Shown one piece after another: positions 34,445 to 49,530 of a DNA stretch of 64,000 bases (positions are counted from its first letter, which is position 1; every line of letters starts with the position of its first letter). This DNA comes from Owenia fusiformis (lineage: Eukaryota). Under the pieces are notes generated by a model. That model made no database searches. It was not told the origin of the DNA and saw only the letters and a program-made list of their open reading frames with translations. The stretch covers positions 8,742,001-8,806,000 of the forward strand of contig CAIIXF020000001.1 in NCBI GenBank assembly GCA_903813345.2, given 5' to 3'. The position numbers and the translations under genes are program-made.

Positions 34445-37400
34445 TAATTAAGGTTCACTCATTCAGCTATAAGTCATTACAATAATGCTTCTCGTAGATA
34501 TGTGATTTTCTGTGATCACCAAATCTCTTAGAAAATCACAATCCTTGTAAAGTCGACACAAGTCATTATCACAAATTTTTAAAGGAAAGGCACAACCATA
34601 ATTGCATTTTCATTGACAGGACACAAAACAATTTTACCTGTAGTATATTGATTTCAGAAATATTTCCATCTCGATCTATTCATTGACCTTTAGAGGAAAT
34701 TGAAAAGCAAAGTGTTTGTTAAGAAAATCATTAATAAAGATATTTGAGAGCCACTCTTATGATATGTTAAACACTTTGTACTGGAATAATTTCTCAAGGC
34801 AGCGATAAAAAACAAATAAGAAATGAAAAATATCTTAAATGCTGAAGATATAGATTAAATTCAGAGACTTCCCTTTCAAGTGACAAAAGAATATATGCTG
34901 ACACGACTCCTTCACCAAAAAACAAACAAACATGAGAAAACATATGATTTAAATTCTATATAAGACTAGAGTATAGTATATGTGTATCAATCTGCATCTA
35001 TATACATATATTATATATAGTCTAGTCTTACATCCTGGCATAATATGCTAGTATTCCATCAGCCCCTTGTCTTCCCTCTAAACATCTCAAATTCTCTATA
35101 GGTACATAGTTAGGGGTCCAGAGACTTGATACACGACTGATCATACATGCAATCAGGCCCAAATGTTGCAAGGTATCGTCTACCTTAATTAAATTCTAGC
35201 TAAAATATCCAGAAAACACCACTTCCTTCACCAGCAACAGCAGGACACAGCTACTTAGTTAGATTTATTAAAATACATTGACAGGTTTGGTAAACATGTT
35301 TGGCAAATACTTATAGGTACATGGAAGCGAGTCAGTCTATTAGAAATAATGTGGCAGGACCCCAGGGTGCCAATATCCATCAATACAATTTCGCTCAGTT
35401 GAAGGTCAATATCTTAAAAGTGAAAATAGCCAAAGATCATAAATTATTTGCCTGTTCAGTATTGCCTACCATGTCATCCATTCTTAGTCTAGGTTTTTAA
35501 CTTTTTATGATTTTAGAGGTTTTCTTTTAATTTTTTTATTTTTAAAACATTCTTTTTGCCATTTAATATAAACAGCATGTTACCTGGTTATTTTTCTCCA
35601 AAACAGCCTGGTAAACAAGCAACAATTAAGCTGTAAGCTATGATTGACTTAACCTTTTATGATTTCAGCCATTTTCTTTCAATTTTTAAAACATCTATAG
35701 CCCACTAAAACAAGCAAATAACCTGTAGGGGAGATTAATTCCTGATGTTGATTGACTATTATGATTGACTATAGTCAAAGTACTGTGTTATGACAAAGTA
35801 CTGTAACTTTTTGTTTTCTTAAATATCACACAAAAATGATTGGCTATGTTCTGCATGGCCTTCTTCGTTAACTAGCAATTATTGCAACAATCATTTTTAA
35901 ACTTACCATGTGTCTGTTCTCCATATTACATCCTACTTCCCAGAGTTTTAGTTAAATGAACTTTAGGATTCAATAACACAGGTAAATGCTTCACTTAGTG
36001 CCTAATGAATAACTTACCTGTCAGTTAAGGAAACTGACATTTCACTAGGCATGACACAACCTGAAGATATAATTACCACCAGGTTAACTTTACATTAACC
36101 CAAACAACAGTGATGAATAGCGAGGCCAAGTGAGGCCAAGTGAGGCCAAATGCTTTGTTTTGCTCCAAACTCCAGAACTAAGAAACAAATTAAGTGAGGA
36201 CTTCCAAAGGTGCCATTTAATGCATGCAGCTAGCATGCAATAAGTAACATTAAAAGCTGGAGATTATTCTTGTAGGTAAAAACCTTTCTATTGTTCACTC
36301 TTCCTATCGACCTGATCTTACAATGATGAATGACTTAAAGAGTGATTTCAGCTTAAGGCCAAGATTATTCTCTATGTTGAAAAATATTTGAGGCACATTG
36401 TTTTCAACAAGAACTAACAAGCAAGATTGAAACATAACAAAGAATCAAAAATGAAATTTCCATCCCCTTTTAAGATTGAACAAATTCAACATTCAGTACA
36501 GAACAATAACTTAGTTCTCATAATACTCGCCAACATACTTCAACAACTGCTCAGAAGACAAAAGCACAGCAAACAATTCTTCATTTAATGAATTAACATT
36601 CATAACATGAGTGTACTGTGAAACAATTAATCAATTTGGCAGAATAATGAGGTTGTTATGACCCCTGATGTTATGTTACTGTGACATTTCCCCCGCTCTG
36701 AAAATATTCCCTCATGGACTGTTCCTAACGTTGAATCAAAATTTGTTTTAGCCCTCCCCATCCTCTCCTTTAAATGGGACAAATATGCTTTACTTAAACA
36801 CAGGCTGGGGAATGCATATTGGGGAGTGGGGATTAGAGATGGGAATAGGGGTTTGAAGCAAGAGTCTGCAAGACTAGGAATGTCTTTGCATATGGCCCCT
36901 AGCCTGTTCAAATTCCAATCATGATTTTGTGAGGACCTTTGTTAAAAACAATTAGAAATCAGTGAAACTTAGAACCAACGTTAATCACACAGATTTCTGA
37001 TTGATTAAATGACTGATTGACCCTTGTTCGACAACAAATATATATTCTAGCTTGGAAAAGAAGATTAAACTGGTGACATTAATAATGATGAATGCAGGAT
37101 CAACTGCACTTTCAGCTTTTAATTCCACATTTGCCTAATGATGTCAGAAAAAGTTCACTTTACCCAAAGAGGCAAATTAGCAAAGCGTGTCGATAGTAGC
37201 ATATTACCCTGAGCATATAAACTTTAAACAAATCTCTGAATGGGTTAAAGAATTTTCTGTTTAGCAGCCCCTATTGCTGGTGGCCATCACACCCCAAGCT
37301 ATAAATCAATTGAAACCCATTGGCACTGACATTTTCTCAACAAATCAGAAAGCAAAAAAACGTGTTTCAATAGTGTTTTAATGTTGGTCAATTCTGGATC

Positions 37401-40400
37401 AACTACAAGTATGACATCACAGGAAATTACCATATATAGAATATTGTCTTTCTGGTGACGACTACCTCTGATTTGCTACTCAAGTTCAGAGGTTTCTCTA
37501 AAATTTAAGAATTTTGAAGAGCTAAGTGAAATGAATACAGACCTAGACAATTCTACATATTCTAAACATGTTCATGTACAATCATATTAGTTATATACTA
37601 TTTCTACCGAATTTAAATTATATGTTCTGTAATATACTAAAAATCTCACCTAGTATATCTGAGATGGATCCATATGTAACCAATTTTATTGCAACAGAAC
37701 TTTCTTATTCTTTATATTCATTCCTGCTGGTTTCTGTATTCATTCTTATTTTCAGTTTCCCTTGCTGTTTCTTTTTATATTGAACCTATTTGTTTCACTG
37801 TATACAAAACAAATGAATGTGTCAGCTATTTCTACTACTGTAGGCTAACTCATAGACCTACAGAAAAATCCATATATTTGCTTGATTCATTTCTTTCATT
37901 ATTTCAATTAATAGGCCTGATTGGCGCGAACAATGGTCTCAAGAATAACACATTCAAATTAATTACAAACCCCTTTATCTGATTGGTCAATATTGGAATC
38001 AGCTCAATGTTCGATAATACAACAAATACAGTCAATCAATACAGTCTATGTAACCTTGCTCACTATTTAAATCTAAATCTGCCTTCATTTGTGTTGATTT
38101 GAAATCATCATTTTCAGTTAGTTTTTTCTGATTTCATGACTTCATATTGTAATTTTGGTTTCCTTTCTCTATCATGTATTGTACTTTTGGTTTCCTAAAG
38201 TCCCTAAATGTGAATCCACTTTCCCATGTATCTAAAAACATTGCATAACTTAATCCATACATAAATAAATTATCTTAATTCAAAACTGGTATGAGAGCAA
38301 TGTTGAAGAGCTTAAGAAAATAGATTTGTTATTATTGCATTTAAAGTGAGAGTTCAATTATTATTGCATTTATAGAGCAAGAGCTGGTTACGTATTTCAG
38401 TATTGAGAAACTGTGATTCTTATATAATAACAGCACCTCCAGATTTCACACAATGTTTCTTACAATATCAGATTAACCAGAATTTAGGAAAGAGATTATT
38501 TTGTGGAGTACCCTTACAGTTGTAGGAAAACATATTATAAAATATTATACATTTTAAGTATACAATTACTCAGTTATTATACTCAGATTGTGCTTCAAAA
38601 ATCTCATTCAAAATCAGCTAAAAGAACCTCATGGAACAATTTTCTAATTTCCTTGACCATTAGGACACATTCAAATACAGTACATAAGAATATTTTGACA
38701 TCACAGGTGTATCATCCAACACAGAGAATTATGTAGGGCTTGTAACGAACTTTGTCAAAAAGTTATCGAAGAACAAAATGGTCATTATTATTTTTGATGA
38801 GAAACAGAAAAGTAAAATGAAACCAAAAGAAAATAGAAACTTTTGAAATAATATAATGGGGGAAATTCAATACAAATGATGTTTATAATATCAATTATTA
38901 ACCCGTTAATGGCTTAGGTTTCGGGATGTTTGACATTTTGACATAACCCCTTTACAATATAATACTAACAAGGCAAGATATCTGTTTCTACCACAATACC
39001 TCCCTCTATAACAGATTGCCCAACAAAACTAACAAATCCACCTGCTAACAAATTCCCCTGATGCAAAGCCCATCTTTAAACTAAAAATGAAAATAGGAAA
39101 GTCCTAACAAGGAATAATTAACAGAGTTATGAACAGATATCAACTTCGCATTCTCAACCTGGAAAAAACCTGGAAAAAACAGATTATTTCATCCGAATCA
39201 AAGAGACAGATGATGCATAATGAGCAGTGCAAAACAGCAATTTGAAGCACAGGGCAGTAATGGGATTATATCCATTGATTGTGCAATGATCAGTCTACCT
39301 GATTACCTTATGACAGTTTCATTTCTTCCAATGTGAAATTAACGAAATTTATAATGACCTATTTCCTTCTGCTTCATATATCGCTGCCCTGAATCAATTT
39401 ATATTAAGGGTCAGGATGATATAAGCTGATGGAATTTATACATTCTGATTTTTACCCCACCTTCTTTGGCCCAACTAGATCTATTCATTCTGATTTATGA
39501 TTGGCTCTCTTTATCCATTGCTTCAATATACTTAAGGCTGTAGAACCATCAATGAAACAGAATGAGTGATATTAAAGAGAATGGTCATACCGATTACTAC
39601 AATGGAATTCACACTGAAGTTTCGTAAAAAGCCCTTCTGTGTAATTATTATATTTTTGAGGTAACTCCACTGCTTAATCCTATATGGATCAACATAAAAG
39701 CAGGAAATCTAATCTGTTACAAGATTTGAAGATATGTTATATTATATAATTCAAGGAATGTGATTATTTAGGATGTCAGAACTGATGTCTGTATCAGACT
39801 CTATCATGACTCATTTCTTTCTTGCAGCCTATCAATTATCCAATTCAGATTTATTTAGAGTTATAACCCCAATGAACAGTCTGAATTGTAATTTATAACA
39901 GGGAAACCACTAATGAATTTGTCATGTCAATTTGCATTTAGAACAAAATAATAGTATTTTTACCAATACAAGACTTCCCTTTCTAAATAGCTTACCAATT
40001 TTTTTATTTCTTTCCTTGAACTTTAATACAAAGATCTTGTGAATAAAGTTTTTAATATTTACAAATTATATAAAATAAATATGTTGTTTAATCTTAATTA
40101 TTACAGTTATTAAGATATCATTAGCATATCATATTCATTTGATCATTTGTGGCTTGTTTTATCTATTATTAACCCGTTAACTGTAAGTATGCTTTACTTT
40201 ACTAAGCATTTTTCTTTTTCAAGCTGCTACTATAATTTTTCAGTGTTTGTATTGTTTATAGGTGTTTTCACGTTTATGTGTCTGAAAAATAAAGTTTTAT
40301 CTACACATGTTGTGACATTACGCCATTAAATAACCTAATTATATCTTAACCATTACAAATCTTCAACTGGCAAATTAATATTACTCAATCTTATACTTTA

Positions 40401-41895
40401 TGGCAGTATATCACAATCCTTACTACTTTGTTTCACAGCACACCATTGCACATCATAGGATTATAGATTTTATCTCATGATGATTACGTATTACACAAGC
40501 TTAAAACGCAACCACAAATTCAAAATTTCCCTCGCATTTGCATGTCATAATTAAATTAATCATTTTGCCTTGAATTTTTTATCTTCAGATTATACATAAT
40601 TAATGCTTATTTTTCATAGAGATAATTATCCTTGAGGCAAATGAGATCTATAGCTGTAAGATATACTATAACATACTGTACTGCCAAATATAGTGGAATG
40701 ATTTTTTATAATATTCCTTTTATCTAATTAAGTACAAAAAACAGTATACATGTACATGTACTGTATATTATAAAAGATTTTCCCAAGACACTTGATTATT
40801 GTTGTAAAATTCAGAGCTATGAGGGTATAATATGACAATAGCCAACAATAGCATTATTTTTCCAAACCCTGTGTGCATCAGTGTTTTACTCGTCCCCAAA
40901 AGACCCTGCTCTAGAGGGAGAGAATCAGGGAGGGACAGCAACACAGGGGGTTGATACAAGATTTCAAAGTAACAGCACGTTCAGATATTAAATGCCAATA
41001 TTCATCAGGGCCAGCTTCCTGTGTGACAGTTTGAACAGAGGTGACGTAACTCTACTGCAATTAATAGAGGATTACATCAAAGAGATATAATCCCGGATTA
41101 ACCCAGTATTATCGATTATTGAATCCTGGGAAAAACTTGTCTAATGACATTGAAAATTCTCTATTAGTTTGTGGAACTTTTATCCTCTATCAATTATGAA
41201 TGTTCTAGTATGTCAAATCAATCAATGAACAATTTGAAAGTAGAAGTTTCAATGTAGAAACAGCATATACCATACTGGAATTGATTGTTATGATAGTTAT
41301 TATATAGGGAATTGATTGACATAAATTGGCATTGATTGCTGTGACATAGTGTGTGTAATTGATTGATTTTTAATTAAAAGGTGGGGGTTTGGTATTATAG
41401 ACATGATAGAATGGAAGGTAGTATTACTTCATCCAAACAGATCTTTTAGCAATACTTGTACATCAGCCTATATTCAAATTATAAAAAATATAACAGATTA
41501 CAATACACAGTCTGAAGTTGAGGTAATTTTTTCATCAATTTATATAGACCATGTTCCTAAATGGTCCATTGTCTTGGTATTAGGGCTATATATTGAACCC
41601 TCTATAAAAACCTTTGATCAGCTTCCAGATCAAAAGAACCTCAGACAATTACGCACATGCAAATCTTCCAGTTTCTCTTATTAAGACCCTTATAATCTAA
41701 ATAAATATGACAAAATGACAGAATCAGTAAAAAAAAGTTCTGAGGAAATGAAATATTACATTTGCAGAATATCAAAATTTTACCTAACTCTGTATCTTAA
41801 ATAAAAAAAATCAAAACCTATTTTTACAAATTATGAATTTTTGTACAGTATACATAAATAAATAAATAAAATATTTACCCTAAATATGCATGGAT

Positions 41896-42348
41896 AGAGG
41901 TTCTTCTGCCAAATATAGTGACTGTGTAGATGACAAATTGTTTCAAAATGTGTCTTGTGTCTTGTCAAACATTATACCATAGAGATATCTGAACTACACT
42001 TTTGTTTGTTGATCATTGTTTTTTGCCAAACCTTCTTGACACTTGACACCTGACATCAGCCTTCTGACACAAAAGTTTGTCAAAATCAATCAGGAAAAGC
42101 TCAAACAAATCAATAAGTAGAGTATACTATTAATTAGAGATGCAGCAGGTTTATAATGGACCTATCAATAACAAATTATTTAAAACTGAGTCATACCATA
42201 ATAGTTTGTCTAATTATCTTGGGGCAACAGGGCATAGTTCACAATCAATCCCTATCACAAAAAGTGATGGATAGCCTGATGGATAGCCTGATCAACTATA
42301 AAATCAGTCCTATTTTCTTCAGATCTACATACTAATAGAAGAACCTCT
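41896..42348. mobile_element. Possible old MITE with ends related to the 4096 element
   Basis: AGAGGTTCTTCT ... AGAAGAACCTCT 12-bp inverted ends. Confidence 0.35.
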
Positions 42349-42506
42349 TATTCAAGTTAGGTGGCAATTGGTGTGAAGAATGCAATGAAATCTTCATTAA
42401 TCTCAACAAGCTGCGTCAGTTTCTGGACATCAACCAGGACCTTTTGTGGAGTCACCGACCTGTACTATCTCTTGGAGTACAGCCTGTTTCTTAAATGTGA
42501 TATATA

Positions 42507-43220
42507 CGAGGGATGATCCAAAAGTCTTGGACGACATTTATGAAACCGCCATTGCTTATGTGATACAAATGCTGCTGGAGTGCTACTCTAAACCTCATTC
42601 AATGAGTAAAAAACATTTTCTTTCAACCCTCCTTTCAACTTGGAGAAAAGGAAGAAAATCACATGGAGCCATAGATAGACTGTATCGTGCATATGGTAGC
42701 TGCTCAAGGTCAGTAATAGTGAAAATATCTTGTAGTATTCTTTGTTCCACTTTGATTTCTTTCGTGTTCTGCATTTCAGCAGCCATCTTGCAGCAAAAAT
42801 GATACCAGAATGAGGGTTGCTTGTCTGATGGCATTTTCTTAGAATTTGACATGTGCGGCCATTGTCATATGTGACATTATAATTAAAACACAATTAATTG
42901 GTTGCCTAGTACTAAAGGAAGTAAACTAACATGGTTTAATATTCAAAATTCAAAGAAATATAGTGGTCAAGACTTGCGAAACAAGTGAAATGGCGGTAAC
43001 ATTTAAGGCTGAAAGTTGCCATGTGCGAATACCGTTCCGGGTGGCAGGGTCCCTGTATTAAAAACTATCTAGAAAACTATATAAAATATATCATTTCTCC
43101 ATGAAATCAACACACAAAGTAGTTAGGTTGTTGGTCTTTATTATTGGAAAGTTTTAAGTAATTTTATCAAAAACCAACAAAAATAGAGCAGGGCGTCCAA
43201 GACTTTTGGATCACCCCTCG
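42507..43220 (-). mobile_element. Deleted mariner (DD34D, Hsmar2/irritans-style ends)
   Basis: TA|CGAGGGATGATCCAAAAGTCTTGGACG...CGTCCAAGACTTTTGGATCACCCCTCG|TA. The minus-strand relic LEQLPYARYSLSMAPCDF resembles the YSPDLAPxDF motif. Confidence 0.85.
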
Positions 43221-43916
43221 TATTAGAGAGACTCTGAATTCAATGATCTATTTTGACTTGTCCAAGGTATTTCCAAAGGAAATCAATGATGGTATTAAAG
43301 TATGTATGTTATGCCTTTTACCACAACTAGTGCAAGAACACACAATTAAAACAGTTATTGACCCCTCCAAAGGTTGACAGTTAATAAACACATGAACATG
43401 TAATAAGTGAGTTGTGAAATCTCTCTATTGTTTAATTCCTTATACTGAAGTATCAACATGAACATAATGAGTATGAATCTTCATGGAAGATCGAGGATGA
43501 GCAAGAATTAATGGGTGAGTTCTTCAAGCTTGAAATCCAAGCTTCTCTTCAGTTCTAGTCAATGTCCATTAATCTTACACCACAGAAACTGCCTATACTA
43601 GGTAATATTTACAGCAAATTGGAAGTGTTTGATCAATATTTATTCTAGAGAAAATAATATAAAACCAGAAGAGACGATATTTTATGTCTAGATGTCAAGT
43701 TCTGTCTTCTGAGCTGTAACACCATATCTATATCACGACCAAATATGGTAATAATTCTACCATGCCAAAGTGGGAACATTGATACAAGAGGGTAACTCTA
43801 TAATGTCAAACAGGGGCATTTATTTGAGACATACAAATAAATTTTTAAAAATCAAGAGAAAATGCAAAAAGTTACCAATTGTGCCTACTTGCATCTTAGA
43901 ATTTTCATATTCTGTT

Positions 43917-44088
43917 TCGCAGGGTTACAGAATCATACGCAGAATTCCTTCTTCCAAGAAGAAGGAAGGAACTTTGTTTACATAATCATATACAAAGCTC
44001 CGAAAAGAAGGAAGGAACTTTGTTTACAGAATCATACCTTCCTTCCGAAGAAGGAAAGAACTTTGTGTATGATTCTGTAACCCTGCGA
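43917..44088. mobile_element. ~170-bp palindromic MITE with internal repeats
   Basis: TCGCAGGGTTACAGAATCATAC / GTATGATTCTGTAACCCTGCGA ends, and three copies of GAAGGAA(G/A)GAACTTTG. Confidence 0.7.
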
Positions 44089-47078
44089 TAAGAAGGATTA
44101 GAATGTTGGCCCCTTTTTGAAAATTTGGGCAAGATTTTAAAACTAAGGTAATTTTTTCCTTTCCCATTTTTGCATTTAAAATTGCAATATTTGGTCTCAT
44201 TATTATCTCCTTATATGTTTTAGGACTGCGAGTTAGAAAAAAATTCTCTACTCAAAATTATTGATAGAAGAATGAAGTTTGTTCCAATCTGTTATTTGCT
44301 TAGGTAGAGTGATCTCAGACATAATGGTAAACATAACTCCTGACAGTAAAATCATAGACCCGGAACAAACTCACAGTGTTCACTGAGCCATGACTTTGTG
44401 ATGTCTCCCAAGGGACAAGCAATATATGGCTTAGTTCCAAGCTGTAAATCAAGACTGAAACTTAGTCCTATTGATACGGCTTTAGGGAAATACAACAGGG
44501 CTTTAGGGAGTTTTACGATGGCCCTTAACTAGAGATAGCACCCCAGGGGCAGGAACCTTTGCATTGGGGGATGGAGTAACAATGTTATGATCACCATGAG
44601 AGTTAGGAACCAGTGAAGATGATGCATGTATATGACACAACATATTATATCTATCTAGGAAAAGTTTCTAACAATATCTAACAGATCTTAACACGAAGAT
44701 CCAAGACATTGAGATATACAGATGTTTATGAAGTGAAAAACCAAGCAGTTTAATAAAAGCATAGCAATCCAAGTGGCAGTTCCTGGATTGTGTCAGGTTT
44801 ACTCAGCATGCCTAAGTGGCCCCCTGTATGTGACATAGTGTCATCTGTTATCACATTGGAAGCCACCTTCTAACCAAGAATCACATCAGTTAGCTACAAT
44901 GCCCTCTGCTTTTTGTAAGCTTTTATATTTTACAAAAGCTTTAAAAATATACAGTAAGCTACTAGAAATATATAACAGCTACAGTTATAGATAGTGTGAT
45001 AAGAGAGACAAATAGTTGGGGAAAGTTCACCGAAATATACACTGTTTGTAGAATGTGTTTTTCTAACTTAAGTGTATATATTATGTTTTAATACGAGTTA
45101 AAGATCCATATTTTATTCAAAAAGTATAGTAGGTAACGTTAACTATTTCAGATGGTATCACTTCTCTGTTTTTACGAAATAAAAAAAAGACACATTAATA
45201 CATCAGATGTACAAGATGACCATTTCAATAAACGCCTCTCCAGGATTTGAAACATTTAAACCATATGAACAGCTGTATTCACTATAATAATGAACCAGCA
45301 AAGACCAACATTTTATTTGTTATTTAATTCTATGATAATTAATACAAAGCAAATAGATCGCTCATTGCAAGAATCCGACTCTCTGTGCAGTCTCCCACAC
45401 CAATCCATATCATAAAAATATTATCCCCATCTACAATGTAACATACTTTTTACAAAGATTATCCACAAGCAGATATTGACCGTTACTTTATGAACAAAGA
45501 TCATGAACAAGCAAATCTATTGCAATTGTAAAAATGTTAGTTTAGCTTGGTATGTTATCAAGAATAATTTACATTCTGTTGAGAGCATTAGTCAATATTT
45601 GATATTTTGATAAAAATCCGGTTTCTGACATAGTAGAATCTCACATCTGATTCAGGCTCAGATTTATCTTTGTAATATATCAAGAAAACATACGAAAACT
45701 GACACTAAATCTGATTGTTAAGCGCAAATTTTATATTCTGTGACATAGAAGAATAAGAAAAAATATGAGTCAGCTACTTTCCATAGTAATTTAATTGGAC
45801 AATGTTTCATTATACCAATAGGAAGATTGATCATCATTTTCATATGGATGATGAGGTCTAAGCACCAACTAGAGACAACATAAACATTTCTTAAAAATGT
45901 GTAAAATTCGACCTAGTATCTTTTATTTAACCAAACTATCAGTTGGTCATATCTCTACCAACAGAAAAGCAATCAAACATGGATTTCTAAAAGGTTATAA
46001 TGTTTTTGAAATATATTTGTGTGCTTTTCCTGATGAAGTACAAAGAACTGGTAGCTTGTAACACTGATGCATATTTGAACATGAGCACAAGATGTATAAA
46101 ATGCAGTATAACATTTTACTTTGAACTTTCTTTGTATAATAGATAGATAATAAATACAGCTTTGTTTATTTTCTTAAAACTACAAGGATCGTATCAACAC
46201 CTGTATAGCAGAACTATTTGGTGAGCATATTATTTATAAATGCTCTTTTTGTATCATCTATAAGTTTGGACAGGATCTCGTTTTTAAGAAGATTCTGAAA
46301 TATTCTACTGTAAGCCAAATGCTTTTCGAAGCTTAAGACTTTTATTGCCAAATTAAAATTTTCTGACATTCAAATTACAAGTAGTTCAATCTAATAATAT
46401 AATTTTATTAAAACAGGTGTGTCAAATGGAGAGAATATGGTAGTTTATTTGACAGATATGATATCCACCCCCTTATGCTTACACAAGGCAAAATGAAATT
46501 TTCTGTAAACACTGATAACTGAAAGACCAGAATGAAGCTAATAACCTGACAGTCACCTGAAATATAAACAAATTCCTGTGAATGACTTGCATCATCTGGT
46601 GAATTAATTAGAGCATTCCTAAACATAGACTTCCAAGATTATACAATTAAAGGAATCAACAGAATCTCACAAATCTGCATACTTCATTACATACTCACTC
46701 ACCAATTTGATTTAAAAGAAAAGTTCAGACCTTAGGAACCTTAGGACTCCAAGATTAGTTTTCATTGTAACCTAATCTAACAGCCAGTCTTCAATTCCAA
46801 GTAAGATAGATATTTATGTTGTACAAGACAGCTTCTACATTTATATGATCTTATCAAAAATGAGCCCCTGATGAAAGCAGTAGGCTGAAACTATCAGCAT
46901 AGATAAAAAAAGTCATTTTTTCTGTTCAGCTTCATTAATAGAGTATTTATGACAGAATGTGGTGCATGATACACCTAGCTATTTCTTGCTAATAATAGTG
47001 TTGTCACTTTAACAGGTGCATAAATATCTTAAAGAATTCTAACTGTCTTGTACTTCAATGCGAATCAATTCAAAGCTA

Positions 47079-47858
47079 CCGTATTCTCTGTAATTAGCGC
47101 CCAGGGCGTTTAGAAAATTGAAAATACATTATTTAGACCATTCTAATAAGCGCCCATGTATGAAAGAAATCAGAAATCCCGAGGAATTTCATGTATGGCA
47201 ATTTTTCTTGACAAGAATGCATTTTCTTCAACATATTTTTATAATAATATGACAAGTGCTGTTATTGGAGAGAATACGGTAAAGATCGCTTAGACAATAT
47301 TGACAGTGGTTGAAGACCCGTCTATGTCTAATTTATTTCCGGCACGCCCACTTTGTCATTATCGCCGATTACCTTCAATATTTCCACTAGAGACTGCTGG
47401 ATATCGATCTAAAGTTATACATTATTTCTAATTTGATGAGAGATCATCATTATTCGTGCAAAAGTCGTGTAAAAGTCGAGAAACATTAAAAAGAAACCAG
47501 AAAGTTCACGACCTTGACATGCGCAGAACATCTGCGCAGTAGCTTTTGAAATTTCTGAATGCCGATAAAGAACAATTCCTTCATTCATTATGGACTATTT
47601 GGAGACAATATTAGCATGGTATGGTGTGGGAAGCACCCATCGATAGATATGTATCGAGAGGATGCATAGAATTACAAAACGCGTCGTGTTTACAGCAGTT
47701 TTAGGGTAAGTACTCTATTATCGCCCACTCCTGGATTTTGAGAAATATTTTTTTCCTGATATATTCTTCAATTCTTGTTGATTTCTCGATGTTTCTTGAA
47801 CTTTGTGAAGCGGGGTGGGCGCTTATTAGAGAGTGGGCGGTAATTACAGAGAATACGG
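47079..47858. mobile_element. Tc1/mariner-superfamily MITE with CCGTA ends; composite
   Basis: TA|CCGTATTCTCTGTAATTA...TAATTACAGAGAATACGG|TA, plus a second right end GAGAATACGG|TA at ~47270-47281. Confidence 0.8.
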
Positions 47859-49530
47859 TAGGTTTAAAGAGTAGAATGAGTAAAATTACTATACTAGGCT
47901 CACCTTAATTATAACTTCTATATATTTTTGATACAAGTGAAAAAATTGTTGAATATTATCTATAAACCAAAGGCACATGTTAAAGTGGAGATAAGTACAT
48001 AATATACATATAAATTAATAGATCAAGGAATTTAATGTGACTGAACTCTTGCCTGTATTCCTTTCAGTCACATTAAACAACTCAATGGATCACAAAATGA
48101 ATCATAAAAAGCTGAAACAAAAGTTCAATTAGTACGAAGCTTAAATTCAAATTAAAAATTCAATTGTACTTGAATGAAATATTTATTAAGATTACTCAAT
48201 TACATATTGAAACATGATGAAATCATTGAGAAAATAATTGATCTTAGTTTACCTTTTAAACCATTAAGTCAATCAGTACATTCTACCAATAAAAGTACTT
48301 CTCTCCTTTTCTTACGTGCATCATCTTTGGCCTATTGAGTTAGTATGGTTTCACAACAGGCCCTAAATTGAAGCTAGCTGACACTTGATAAGAACTCTGT
48401 CAATCATGTTTCCAATTCTTCCGTTTTGTATCAAAGTTCTTTATAAGCCAGCATTGGAGAGTAGAGCCTTATATTGCTTCTTGTAGCCTACGCCTGATTA
48501 GTGCATCTTGAGTGAGAATTTTAGCTAAATCTGATTTAAGAGAAAATTAGTATCTTATCAATGAACTGATAATGACTTGTTAGATATATGCAGCATATGA
48601 TACACATTAAAAGTATGTATGCTTATGCTGAGAAACATTTGAATTCTTCAAAACTCCAAAATTTTGCAAATTGAGAGATTTGGGTAGATTTTGCATGACT
48701 TACTGTGTCGCTTATCACAGAATATTTGTCTAATTCTATGTAAGTCATCTACAGACTATATACCACTTGTTTACATGTACTGCATAATAAAATCAGAATG
48801 TCACATGTATATTTAATCTTATTCTATTGTCTTAGGGTTGCAGAGCTCATGTTTCACTTTATCTTGTTACATTTCTTTGAATAAATTATCAACACCAGTA
48901 GCTCTATCTATACGATTATCTGATTAAATCAATGTTGCATATTATAATAAACCCTTTAAAATGGAACACCTTTGGTACTTCAAAACAGTGTTCCACTTGG
49001 AAGGTGTTCTACTTAAAAAGGTTCATTTTAGATTAAGTCAATAGATAACTTGACTTTAAAAAGTGTTCTTCTTATGGGGGTGTTCCACTTACAGAGATGT
49101 TCAACTGTACCTCAATATACCTCATCATTTTTCCAGTGATTAACATATGAATGTGCCTCAGGTATGAACCACTGAACTATACCTACATAATAACACACAT
49201 TATAAATCAGATAAGAAAACACTCATGTGATCATCCTCAACCATTATATCTAGAGCTATATGGAGATACTGATTCTAAATCACTTCACGATTCTAACTGG
49301 AATTACTCATGAGAGTTCGATAGGAGTGGAGAATCAAGTTGGGATAAGATATCTGCTACTGTGAAAAGGTGACAAGAATCTAAAGTATCCAACAATCAAT
49401 AAATACAACTTATTTGTAGATGATGTTTAAACTGGCTTCTTCTACACAGATTCTGGTTCTGATTATGTTTGCAGCTGGGATTAACTCTGCTCAATAAAAA
49501 GATGCAATTTCATAAACTGTACCAGTGTGA

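Noticed and set aside
36627-36911. 94-aa ORF
   Set aside because: Non-ATG start, no motif, no supporting splice context.
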